Positions 17,827-24,687 of a stretch of 38,677 bases of DNA are shown here, one piece after another. Positions within the stretch are counted from its first letter, which is position 1, and each line of letters begins with the position of its first letter. Under the pieces are notes generated by a model that saw only the letters and a list, made by a program, of their open reading frames with translations, had not been told where the DNA came from and searched no databases. The stretch is from a virus: IMG/VR virus record IMGVR_UViG_3300027419_000019; one strand, written 5' to 3'. Both the position numbers and the translations under genes were made by a program.

Positions 17827-18385
17827 CAGCCGAAACGGGCACCGGGGATCCTCCGGGCCCGCTGTGCTCCACGCGGTTCACGTTCTTCCACCGGTCAGAC
17901 CTGCGGTTGCAGAGCCAGAAGATCTGAGCGGTGACATCCGGGACGATCTGCTTTTTCGTCGTCTCCGTGCGTTCTGCCCCGAGATCGCTCCTGACGGTCT
18001 TCACTTCATCGTACGTGAACCCGAGCGCCCTCTTCAGGAGTGCGTTCTCCACAAGGTCGTCGATATGCTCTTTCCCCTCTTTTAGGGACTTAAGAAACTC
18101 CTGGTGATCGTTCTTCCATGCGTTGAGCGTGACCTCGGAGATCCCGAGCTCTGCCGAGATCTCCTTATCCGTCTTGCCGAGCTGCCCGAGGTACCGGGCG
18201 ATCTTCGGATGATACTCCGCATTATATTTTGAGGGGCGGCCACCCGGGTGCTTGCCATTCGCGGGCTTTTTTATCTGTTTCTTTTTATTATTCTCTGCTG
18301 GCTTCTTGACAGTTCCGGCCGCTTTCCGTGCCCGGTTTGATGATTTCGCCGGGACTTTGTGCCCGGATTTCTTTCTCGCGGTCAT
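17729..18385 (-). CDS. terS: Terminase small subunit.
   Basis: Basic N-terminal tail, an HTH (GKTDKEISAELGISEVTLNAWK) and a conserved core (…LLKRALGFTYDEVKTV…PDVTAQIFWLCNRRSDRWKN). The start at 18385 forms an ATGA overlap with the upstream mini-ORF. The track ORF extends to 18424. Confidence 0.85.
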   Translation of the reverse strand: MTARKKSGHKVPAKSSNRARKAAGTVKKPAENNKKKQIKKPANGKHPGGRPSKYNAEYHPKIARYLGQLGKTDKEISAELGISEVTLNAWKNDHQEFLKSLKEGKEHIDDLVENALLKRALGFTYDEVKTVRSDLGAERTETTKKQIVPDVTAQIFWLCNRRSDRWKNVNRVEHSGPGGSPVPVSAVDIEKILGTEGYREYERKVFNTLSAKPADARS

Positions 18386-18615
18386 TGGTAAGCCCTCATC
18401 GCTTCCTGTTCCCGCTCCTTGCATCGCTGGCGGCTTGCTATCGTCGCCGGGCAGGTTGCACAGTCATAATATGGGGCATACCATGTCGGCTGCGGGTGCT
18501 CGCTCTCATTCCGGGAATAATTGCATGTGGCCGGAGGCTCGAACCAGCCGCACCCTTTCCGCTCCCCGGGGTTTTTCCGAAGTGATTTCCTCTTCGTGGC
18601 CGCCACTACAACCAC
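18382..18615 (-). CDS. Cys-rich mini-protein.
   Basis: 77-aa ORF with a GTG start. It contains GCGWFEPPATCNY…YYDCATCPAT and is translationally coupled to terS by an ATGA overlap. Confidence 0.5.
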   Translation of the reverse strand: MVVVAATKRKSLRKNPGERKGCGWFEPPATCNYSRNESEHPQPTWYAPYYDCATCPATIASRQRCKEREQEAMRAYQ

Positions 18616-19193
18616 CCCATATTACAGGCCCGCCACAGCACGACGTCTATCAATCCTATCTTTTCGGAGCCGCCGATCTCATCACGGATGTCCTGGCACA
18701 TACGAGTGCATATCTCCGCGGATTCGCGGGCCTTTGAAGAGTGTCCATATCCGAACGTGGCGGCAACCCGGCAGAGATGACGGTCGGGTTTCACGCAATC
18801 GATCCCGATATTCCGGGCCAGGTGTCGACAGGTGACCGGGCCGATCATCGGCAGGCTGTTGAGATAAGCGAGTTTGTCGTGCGCTGCCTGGAGATTTCGG
18901 AGCCATTCTGCGGCATGAGTGACGCCCTGCATGATGGCGGCCCGCTTCCGCAGGTTTGAGATTACATCGGGGTTTCGGGTATCAAAGAACCGGTCCCATT
19001 CCCTCCTGGCGTATTGTTCTTTCCAGTACGAGCAGAGGACCACGTAGACGTACTGCTCCAGGAAGTACTCAGGAGTGATTTTTTCAAGCGGAAAGTCGAG
19101 GACAGCCCGGACGTGGTTCAACTCAGCGCGGAATTCAGGAGAGGCTTCGAGCCGTCCCAGCATCGAGAGGTAGAGTGTAGTTATGGGACGCAT
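18606..19193 (-). CDS. HhH-GPD superfamily (endonuclease III / DNA glycosylase-like) protein.
   Basis: LNSLPMIGPVTCRHLARNIGIDCVKPDRHLCRVA matches the helix-hairpin-helix plus 'VDTH..R' pattern of EndoIII/AlkA-type glycosylases. The ATG at 19193 forms a TGATG overlap. The track ORF extends to 19199. Confidence 0.5.
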   Translation of the reverse strand: MRPITTLYLSMLGRLEASPEFRAELNHVRAVLDFPLEKITPEYFLEQYVYVVLCSYWKEQYARREWDRFFDTRNPDVISNLRKRAAIMQGVTHAAEWLRNLQAAHDKLAYLNSLPMIGPVTCRHLARNIGIDCVKPDRHLCRVAATFGYGHSSKARESAEICTRMCQDIRDEIGGSEKIGLIDVVLWRACNMGWL

Positions 19194-19327
19194 CACCACC
19201 CCTCCGCTGCTTCCCGGGTCTTCCGGTCCCGGTCCTTGCAGCGCTCCGGGTCAGCCTGTGCTCTCAGCTTGGTGAGCCGGTCGCAGCTGAGCGAGCCGTC
19301 GCAAGTATCACAATCGCCTTCAGCCAT
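19193..19327 (-). CDS. 44-aa Cys-containing mini-ORF (below the track cutoff).
   Basis: Hand translation gives MAEGDCDTCDGSLSCDRLTKLRAQADPERCKDRDRKTREAAEGW. It fills the gap exactly and overlaps both neighbours. Confidence 0.4.
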   Translation of the reverse strand: MAEGDCDTCDGSLSCDRLTKLRAQADPERCKDRDRKTREAAEGW

Positions 19328-19595
19328 CCCATCCTTCCAGTTTTACGAACTCGTGCCACTCCCCGATATGCGGGGCATTGATGAGGATTGAAGGGGTGAC
19401 TGATCCGTCTGGGGCGATATCCCAATCGTGCCTCTCCCCGCCAAATGTCTTGCCCCCCCGTATCATCGCATAGAGGCCCGGTTTGTCTCCACAGATAACG
19501 ACTCGTTCTTCCGGGGTTCCGACATTATATCGCATCCACGTGAGGGGATCCGGAAGGCCATCCTCTCCTGCATATTTTTTCAGTAAGATCGTCAT
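19320..19595 (-). CDS. Hypothetical protein. The internal start at 19595 is preferred.
   Basis: MTILLKKYAGEDGLPDPLTWMRYNVGTPEERVVICGDKPG…HDWDIAPDGSVTPSILINAPHIGEWHEFVKLEGW. The C-terminal 'PSI…WH' pattern recalls small phage DUF proteins. The N-terminal 70 codons of track ORF 19320..19805 look noncoding. Confidence 0.5.
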   Translation of the reverse strand: MTILLKKYAGEDGLPDPLTWMRYNVGTPEERVVICGDKPGLYAMIRGGKTFGGERHDWDIAPDGSVTPSILINAPHIGEWHEFVKLEGWDG

Positions 19596-20007
19596 TGAGG
19601 CAACCAGCGGGAGTCGGACCCGCTCTTCCCTCTTCGGATGGTTGCTGTTATCGCTGCTGTTGATCCCTGCCGCCCGGACTATTTCAGGAGAATGAAACGA
19701 GGCGATACCTGGTGCGTGAGTGCATGATGGTCTATCGGGCCGGTACTGTCCGGACGACAGGGGAATGGCCGCCACCCGGAAGCCAGTGAACCGGGAGGGT
19801 AGCATCGCGGCCGATTTCTTGGAGTGATAATCCCCGCATGCGCAGCGGAATGTGGTCAGACAAGGGCTGACGCATGACAGGGGAATGGGCCCGGCCGGTT
19901 CGACCCGGACGCGGTGAGGCGCTTCGCTCCGTGCCGGCCTTGGAACAGACCAGACGGAAGAGGAGAGGACAAGTCCGACCCCATCGAACGCGGGCCCCGA
20001 GGATTCA

Positions 20008-20640
20008 TCAGCCGATCCCCACGGCTTTCAGTATTGCCTGGATTACGGGCGGGAGAATGATCCCGCCGGCTGCCAGGGCCGAGACTGCGATACTGGCGAC
20101 TTTCTTTGTGACATCGGGATTCGCGGTGATGAGACCGGTCCAGGTCTGGAGGGTTTCGAGCGCGGACTGTGCCTGCTGCTTGCCCTGCTCGGCATCCCCG
20201 ACTTTCTTTGCACCGCGGCCCATGGAGAGGCCAGTATAGCAGTATGCCATCTCTGTCAGGAAGAAGTCCGGAATCGGAGGTACATCATCCTTTGACTCGA
20301 CATCATTGTAGCCGATCCCTGCAAAGATAATGAAGGCGTGCCGCTCCATCCAGTTGCTGAAGGTGCCACCATACCCGGTAAATTTCGCGAGGAGCTTGGC
20401 GATCGCGTCATCGCATTCGATATCTCCTTGCCCTCCATCAGGATCCTGTCGACAGGGGCCGAAGAGTGCCGGGTACTTCTCGACCCATTTCCGGTGAACG
20501 CGGTACCCGTCTTCCTGTACCCAGAAGTCGCCTTCCCATTTGCCGGGCGAGAGGGGCTTTTTTGTCGCCGGGCCTGTGATCGTTGTCGTTGTGCCTGGGT
20601 AGGGTTCGGGGGTGATGACCGTTTCAGGCACAAGGATCAC
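20008..20640 (-). CDS. C-tail-anchored membrane protein of unknown function.
   Basis: 210 aa with a GTG start in a GTGA overlap. A globular domain is followed by an amphipathic stretch and a terminal hydrophobic helix (VASIAVSALAAGGIILPPVIQAILKAVGIG). Confidence 0.6.
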   Translation of the reverse strand: MILVPETVITPEPYPGTTTTITGPATKKPLSPGKWEGDFWVQEDGYRVHRKWVEKYPALFGPCRQDPDGGQGDIECDDAIAKLLAKFTGYGGTFSNWMERHAFIIFAGIGYNDVESKDDVPPIPDFFLTEMAYCYTGLSMGRGAKKVGDAEQGKQQAQSALETLQTWTGLITANPDVTKKVASIAVSALAAGGIILPPVIQAILKAVGIG

Positions 20641-20786
20641 CCATGAGGAGGGACGGGTTCGTAGGCCGCCTCGAATTCTGCTTTTGGCATCTCGACGAGC
20701 TTGCCGTCCTTCACGAAGGCATAGTCGCTATCGGGGAGGACGAGAGCGTCGATGGTCGGCACGTTCTTCTGACGGAAGAGGGCCAT
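20637..20786 (-). CDS. 49-aa mini-ORF (below the track cutoff).
   Basis: Hand translation gives MALFRQKNVPTIDALVLPDSDYAFVKDGKLVEMPKAEFEAAYEPVPPHG. It starts 4 nt after the upstream stop and overlaps the next start. Confidence 0.45.
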   Translation of the reverse strand: MALFRQKNVPTIDALVLPDSDYAFVKDGKLVEMPKAEFEAAYEPVPPHG

Positions 20787-20790
20787 GCGG

Positions 20791-21252
20791 TTACTCCATG
20801 TTCGGGTTCGTCCCGATCTTGTAGTAGTAGACCTCGGACTCGGCGATCTCTTCCCACTTCGAGACGAGCGACACCGGGACGCCCCAGACCATCCGCCGGC
20901 GGGAGAGACGGAACTGTACTGAGTGCGTCTTTCCGCGCTGCATCAGCTTGACGGGGTGCTTGTCGATCTCGTGCGTGAAGACGCGGGTCCGGTTGTCGTC
21001 ATCGTTCGGGATCCAGTTCGTCGCGCCCTTCATCACCACGCCGTCAATAAGGGTCTCGATCCGGAGCTGCCACGTGCCGCCATCGCTCGGGTCTTTGCTC
21101 TCCGTTACCTCAGCACTCATACAGGGGAATCGCGGGAACCGCTGCCAGTCAAGCGTGACGGCTTCGGGCCGGGTTGTCCCGAGTTCTACGCGGGTTTGCT
21201 GGTCCGCATAGAATACCTCGTTGATCGTTGCTTCCATGATTTGTGTACACAT
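20791..21252 (-). CDS. Hypothetical beta-rich protein (start uncertain: 21252, 21237 or 21336).
   Basis: Track ORF 20791..21336. The N-terminal about 28 codons overlap the repeat and promoter region, so an internal start (MCTQIMEATINEVFY…) is more likely. Confidence 0.55.
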   Translation of the reverse strand: MCTQIMEATINEVFYADQQTRVELGTTRPEAVTLDWQRFPRFPCMSAEVTESKDPSDGGTWQLRIETLIDGVVMKGATNWIPNDDDNRTRVFTHEIDKHPVKLMQRGKTHSVQFRLSRRRMVWGVPVSLVSKWEEIAESEVYYYKIGTNPNME

Positions 21253-21336
21253 CCTCCCGCCCGCTGTCCGGGACAGGATACTAATTGCAAAAGAGAGTTC
21301 GACGGAGAGGGGGGATAATAGCGTCAAATGTGGCAT

Positions 21337-21390
21337 AAGTGGTAAAAGTGGTGCAAGTGGGGAAAATGGAGGAAGTGGGAAAAAAGGGAG
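21337..21390. repeat. Tandem 9-bp repeat array AAGTGGnnn (five to six units).
   Basis: AAGTGGTAA AAGTGGTGC AAGTGGGGA AAATGGAGG AAGTGGGAA AAAAGGGAG, with units starting at 21337, 21346, 21355, 21364, 21373 and 21382. It lies in the gap between two minus-strand gene blocks. Confidence 0.8.
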
Positions 21391-21408
21391 GATTGAAAAG
21401 AGGGGGGA

Positions 21409-21651
21409 TTATTTTCCGCGGATGGTTATCATATCGATCCGCTCAGCAAAGGGTTCCACCCAGCATCGGCAATTCGGTGCCGGGGGCATATCAATGTCCG
21501 TTATTTCTTGACCGCACCGAAGGCAATGACACCGTTTCATGGGAATTTGGAAACCATCGGTGTACCCGGCTTCTTTGCAGTGCTCCCAATCACTCCACCG
21601 GTGCCCGAAATGGCGGCAGAGTTTTTTATTGATCCATTTAAGGAGCTTCAT
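21409..21651 (-). CDS. Cys/His-rich zinc-finger mini-protein.
   Basis: 80 aa: …KKLCRHFGHRW…HCKEAG…RCHCLRCGQE…PNCRCW…. Confidence 0.6.
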   Translation of the reverse strand: MKLLKWINKKLCRHFGHRWSDWEHCKEAGYTDGFQIPMKRCHCLRCGQEITDIDMPPAPNCRCWVEPFAERIDMITIRGK

Positions 21652-21657
21652 CGCCGA

Positions 21658-21804
21658 TCACACCTCTTTGTATTCAATCATTCCCTGGTCACTACTCACG
21701 ACCCGGGCGCACCTAGAGCACTTTCTCTCGTAGATTGGGGGAATGCAGCACTTCACCCGATGCTCGATCTTGCCCCCGCATTCCTTACAGTATTCAATGA
21801 TCAA
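21658..21804 (-). CDS. 48-aa zinc-ribbon mini-ORF (below the track cutoff; TTG start inferred).
   Basis: Hand translation gives (M)IIEYCKECGGKIEHRVKCCIPPIYERKCSRCARVVSSDQGMIEYKEV. It fills the gap between neighbouring genes. Confidence 0.4.
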   Translation of the reverse strand: MIIEYCKECGGKIEHRVKCCIPPIYERKCSRCARVVSSDQGMIEYKEV

Positions 21805-22057
21805 TAAGATCCCCCTCGTCGATTCCACCATATCGCTCGATGGCGTTCTTCTCCATTTTTCTTACATCTTCTTTGGAAAATTGTCTCTTTGATAGGACAT
21901 TACCCTGATGATCCAGACGATATATCGTTCCACCACAGTTATTACAGAGGAGTGCGATCGAGAATTCGGACCCGGGAGAGCCTCGGCCCGGCACGAAGCC
22001 TTTCCGTTCTCTTCCGCATTCACATTCAAAGATTTTTGCCTGCGTTGTTCCCATCAT
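21794..22057 (-). CDS. Zinc-ribbon mini-protein.
   Basis: 87 aa with CECG…CNNCG (a CxC…CxxC pair). Confidence 0.6.
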   Translation of the reverse strand: MMGTTQAKIFECECGRERKGFVPGRGSPGSEFSIALLCNNCGGTIYRLDHQGNVLSKRQFSKEDVRKMEKNAIERYGGIDEGDLIDH

Positions 22058-22377
22058 TCCACCTTTGCCGCTGCCGGCTCATCAACATTTCCCCGCCGGA
22101 CCCCTTGCGCCTGTTCTTCGATAAGATCTAATAAATGGAGCCGGTAACATTCCGGGCAGGTGTGATCGTCGTTCTCCTGCGGCACCCAATTAGGCCGGGC
22201 GTATTTGAGCTTGCATTTCCGCCCGTGCCGGTCTTTGCACCTGGACTTGCCATTCTTGAACTTGTGCACTACTCGCATATTATCTGATGGCCGGCTCCCG
22301 AGTCCCCAGATATAGCATACTTTTTTCCCATCGGGCTTTGCCGGTGCCGTGCTTCGTGTCGGTTCGTTGCCGGTCAA
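22054..22377 (-). CDS. Basic Cys-containing protein. A TTG start at 22377 is inferred; the track ORF extends to 22407.
   Basis: …KNGKSRCKDRHGRKCKLKYARPNW…HTCPECYRLHL…. The TTG at 22377 would give a TTGA overlap with the upstream stop, matching the operon's coupling pattern. Confidence 0.5.
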   Translation of the reverse strand: MTGNEPTRSTAPAKPDGKKVCYIWGLGSRPSDNMRVVHKFKNGKSRCKDRHGRKCKLKYARPNWVPQENDDHTCPECYRLHLLDLIEEQAQGVRRGNVDEPAAAKVE

Positions 22378-22559
22378 TCTGCCGTCGCCTCCTCTAACGG
22401 GCACCAATCGGGGAATTGGGCCGGATTGTCGATCTCCCTATTCGGGCGAGTTTTCCCACATCTCGGTTTAGGAAGATAGTGCCCCGGATTTTTCTTATCG
22501 ACGGTCTTGCGAGCCGGGCAACCGTAACAATTACGAACGGTGATTAAAATCCGCTTCAC
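22374..22559 (-). CDS. Cys-containing mini-protein.
   Basis: 61 aa: MKRILITVRNCYGCPARK…PRCGKTRPN…PDWCPLEE. Confidence 0.55.
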   Translation of the reverse strand: MKRILITVRNCYGCPARKTVDKKNPGHYLPKPRCGKTRPNREIDNPAQFPDWCPLEEATAD

Positions 22560-22747
22560 GTTCCCAGCCTCCTGCGGATCTCCGCGAGCAGTTCATCGGT
22601 GGTGAACTCGTGGATGTGCTTTGCCACGCTCGTGGTGTATGCCGGGAAATCATCAGACGTATGATATATGCACCCGAAACAACCCATTTGGGGGGCGCTG
22701 TTGCCTTCTTTCGGACAGTTGGCATAAAACGGTCTTGAGCAGCCCAT
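22556..22747 (-). CDS. Cys-containing mini-protein (C-terminal 63 codons of track ORF 22556..23137).
   Basis: MGCSRPFYANCPKEGNSAPQMGCFGCIYH…FTTDELLAEIRRRLGT. The ATG at 22747 is 2 nt after the stop of the GINS-like gene. The rest of the 193-aa track ORF is a P/R/G-rich alternative frame of that gene. Confidence 0.55.
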   Translation of the reverse strand: MGCSRPFYANCPKEGNSAPQMGCFGCIYHTSDDFPAYTTSVAKHIHEFTTDELLAEIRRRLGT

Positions 22748-22749
22748 CG

Positions 22750-23166
22750 TCACACCCCCGGCCCGCGCTGGTTCGGTTTGTCCGGCCGCCACTTCCCGGA
22801 CCATTCGCCTTTTCGCAGAACCTCCTGCGTTGCGAAGTCCAGCATCCGGTACCCCTCCGTGAGATGAAACCAGATGTTGCTCTCGAACGGGTACATGGCC
22901 TTTACGGCCGGCAGGCTTGCGTCGTCCGGGTTGAGCTCGCAGGCCCGGGCCAGCTTGCCGCGGCGGATCCGGAAGGTGTCCTCCAGTATTTCCCGGGCGG
23001 CAAGGGCCTCGCAGTCTGCGTCCCATTGCCGCGGGTCCGGGCCGGCTTCCTGCATGAGCTGGTCGCGGAGGGCCTTGATGTCCGGCAGTGGCGGGGGGAG
23101 GCAGAGGCCGGGGATTTCCTTTTCCTGCCGGCGCCACTCGGCGAGGTCGTGGAGGGAGAGGGTCAT
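22750..23166 (-). CDS. GINS (Gins51/Gins15 A-domain)-like replication factor candidate.
   Basis: LHDLAEWRRQEKEIPGLCLPPPLPDIKALRDQL…AAREILEDTFRIRRGKLARA follows the archaeal GINS N-terminal pattern as I recall it (L..ER.S..L..LP.DFY…L.DL…R..KI…A). Confidence 0.35.
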   Translation of the reverse strand: MTLSLHDLAEWRRQEKEIPGLCLPPPLPDIKALRDQLMQEAGPDPRQWDADCEALAAREILEDTFRIRRGKLARACELNPDDASLPAVKAMYPFESNIWFHLTEGYRMLDFATQEVLRKGEWSGKWRPDKPNQRGPGV

Positions 23167-23306
23167 GAGATCATCACCGTCCAGTTATGACAGGACATCT
23201 CAATCACGCACTCATTGCAAATCGTATTCGTTTCGCTCTCATGGCCCCAGCACCGCGGTAAATTCTCGGTTCTCGCTCGCTCTCTTTCGACTGGTTTTTT
23301 GCTCAT
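23163..23306 (-). CDS. 47-aa Cys-containing mini-ORF (below the track cutoff).
   Basis: Hand translation gives MSKKPVERERARTENLPRCWGHESETNTICNECVIEMSCHNWTVMIS. It has an ATGA overlap with the downstream start and begins 1 nt after the upstream stop. Confidence 0.4.
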   Translation of the reverse strand: MSKKPVERERARTENLPRCWGHESETNTICNECVIEMSCHNWTVMIS

Positions 23307-23307
23307 T

Positions 23308-23553
23308 TCACGCACCTGCCTTTTTCGGCTCTCCCCATGTGATCTTCGACATCCTCCGTACGTGGCGCTCCATCTTCGCGAACGTGACCATGCCCTCGCC
23401 TTTACAGTATGAACAGGTGATCATCGACTTACACTCGCCGTCGCATTCCTCCCGTCCCTCCGGGCAATGGTCCTCGTCCCAATCCGGATTATTGCAGAGA
23501 TGCCCGAAGCCTTCGCATTTAGGACATATTTCGTCTCTCGGAACTTTGCTCAT
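23308..23553 (-). CDS. DnaJ-type CxxCxGxG zinc-finger mini-protein.
   Basis: MSKVPRDEICPKCEGFGHLCNN…CSYCKGEGMVTF carries two CxxCxGxG motifs. The start at 23553 is in an ATGA overlap. The track ORF extends to 23607. Confidence 0.6.
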   Translation of the reverse strand: MSKVPRDEICPKCEGFGHLCNNPDWDEDHCPEGREECDGECKSMITCSYCKGEGMVTFAKMERHVRRMSKITWGEPKKAGA

Positions 23554-23750
23554 TTCAAACTCCCGGCCTTCTCGAATGTCGGCACGGCCTCGATCGCTGC
23601 ATAGCACTCTTCGGCCACGTGATGAGGGCAGACATAATACGACTTGCCATTGTGCTCCCAGATCATGCCCCGGTCCAAGGCCTCCTTGCGGGTGAGGTTG
23701 GCCGGGAGCGTTTTCTCGCAGACTATGCAGATGTGGGGATCGGGTTTCAC
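23550..23750 (-). CDS. Cys-containing mini-protein.
   Basis: 66 aa with a GTG start in a GTGA overlap: …HICIVCEKTL…YYVCPHHVAEEC…. Confidence 0.55.
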   Translation of the reverse strand: MKPDPHICIVCEKTLPANLTRKEALDRGMIWEHNGKSYYVCPHHVAEECYAAIEAVPTFEKAGSLK

Positions 23751-23884
23751 GTCTTCACCTTCCGCCCTGCATTGTAGAACGTGATCCGCTCGTACCGTTT
23801 CTCGTCACCCGGGCCGATCACATTTCCTTTCATCGGGGCCTCTGCCTTTTTGGTGTCGGGACCCGATCCTGCTGCCCGGCACAT
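23747..23884 (-). CDS. 45-aa mini-ORF (C-terminal part of track ORF 23747..23995).
   Basis: MCRAAGSGPDTKKAEAPMKGNVIGPGDEKRYERITFYNAGRKVKT. The ATG at 23884 forms a TGATG overlap with the radical-SAM stop. Confidence 0.4.
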   Translation of the reverse strand: MCRAAGSGPDTKKAEAPMKGNVIGPGDEKRYERITFYNAGRKVKT

Positions 23885-24687
23885 CAGCAGGTCACCCCCG
23901 CTGCCTGCAGGTACGGTTGCAGGTCCTTCTTGAAGATGAATTTCTGGTTGTGGTGCCTGAGGAGGGCCTCGGCTCGCTGCACAAAGATCCTCCATTCATC
24001 ATCCGTCGGGTACCTGTACCCGGTTTTGCGGATGACTTCCTCGACATCGGGGATATTGGCGTGGTTGAACTTTCCGATCCGGTACTCGTCAACGAATCCG
24101 AGCGTTTGCCGGATCAGGTTGATGGTCTGGTCCGGGAAGACCACCGGCTCGAAGGATACCCACGTACGGATCCCGCGTTTCTTCGCCTCTCTGAGGGCCT
24201 CGATGCGTTCCGGCGTATGGGCCGCCCCGGGCTCCCAGATGCCCTTATCCTTGAGATTGTCGAAGACGAGCGTGGTCCCGTACCTGCAGAGCTCCGGGTG
24301 TTCGGCCATGAGGTCGAAGTCCCGGGTGCTGCGAGGTCCTCCTGCTTTCGTCAGGATCGTGAAGTGCAGCCCGTGCCGGATCAGGATCTCGATTGCCTTC
24401 CTGGTCAGCTGCAACTCATAGTCGAGCGGCTGGTATGGGTCAGTGGAGAAGCTGATCAGGATCTCCCGCTGGTCCTTGGCCGCTGCGAGTTCGGCACAGT
24501 CCTTCTCGAACTTCTTCAGGAAGTCCGGTTTCGGCTTTGCGGATTTTGAGAACTCGTCTGCACACATCCCCCGGATTTCAAGATTGAAACAGTAGATACA
24601 GCCATGACCGCAGCAGACATAAGGCCCGGAGATTGACAGCGGGGCATACTCTGCAGCACGGCCCCGGGGCACGTAGATGAGCCTCAT
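23884..24687 (-). CDS. Radical SAM enzyme, SplB/COG1533-like ('DNA repair photolyase' family).
   Basis: The N-terminal cluster GPYVCCGHGCIYCF is CxxxCxxC in the GC.HGC.YC context typical of COG1533. It is 267 aa with TIM-barrel-like alternating b/a segments (…ILISFSTDPYQP…FTILTKA…VSFEPV…). Confidence 0.75.
   Translation of the reverse strand: MRLIYVPRGRAAEYAPLSISGPYVCCGHGCIYCFNLEIRGMCADEFSKSAKPKPDFLKKFEKDCAELAAAKDQREILISFSTDPYQPLDYELQLTRKAIEILIRHGLHFTILTKAGGPRSTRDFDLMAEHPELCRYGTTLVFDNLKDKGIWEPGAAHTPERIEALREAKKRGIRTWVSFEPVVFPDQTINLIRQTLGFVDEYRIGKFNHANIPDVEEVIRKTGYRYPTDDEWRIFVQRAEALLRHHNQKFIFKKDLQPYLQAAGVTC

Noticed and set aside
19596-19805. The N-terminal 70 codons of track ORF 19320-19805.
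   Set aside because: There is no SD and the composition is odd (…FTGFRVAAIPLSSGQYRPDRPSCTHAPG…). The segment overlaps the direct-repeat spacer. The internal start at 19595 gives a compact, protein-like 91-aa product.
19897-19903. A GGTTCGA T-loop-like string, considered as a possible tRNA gene or attP fragment.
   Set aside because: I could not fold a cloverleaf (no 5-bp T-stem or acceptor stem) on either strand, and no integrase is present. It is kept only as a note inside the spacer finding.
22748-23137. The N-terminal 130 codons of the 193-aa track ORF 22556-23137 (P/R/G-rich).
   Set aside because: This is an alternative frame of the GINS-like gene 22750-23166. Only the last 63 codons (22556-22747), which begin right after that gene's stop, look like a real protein.
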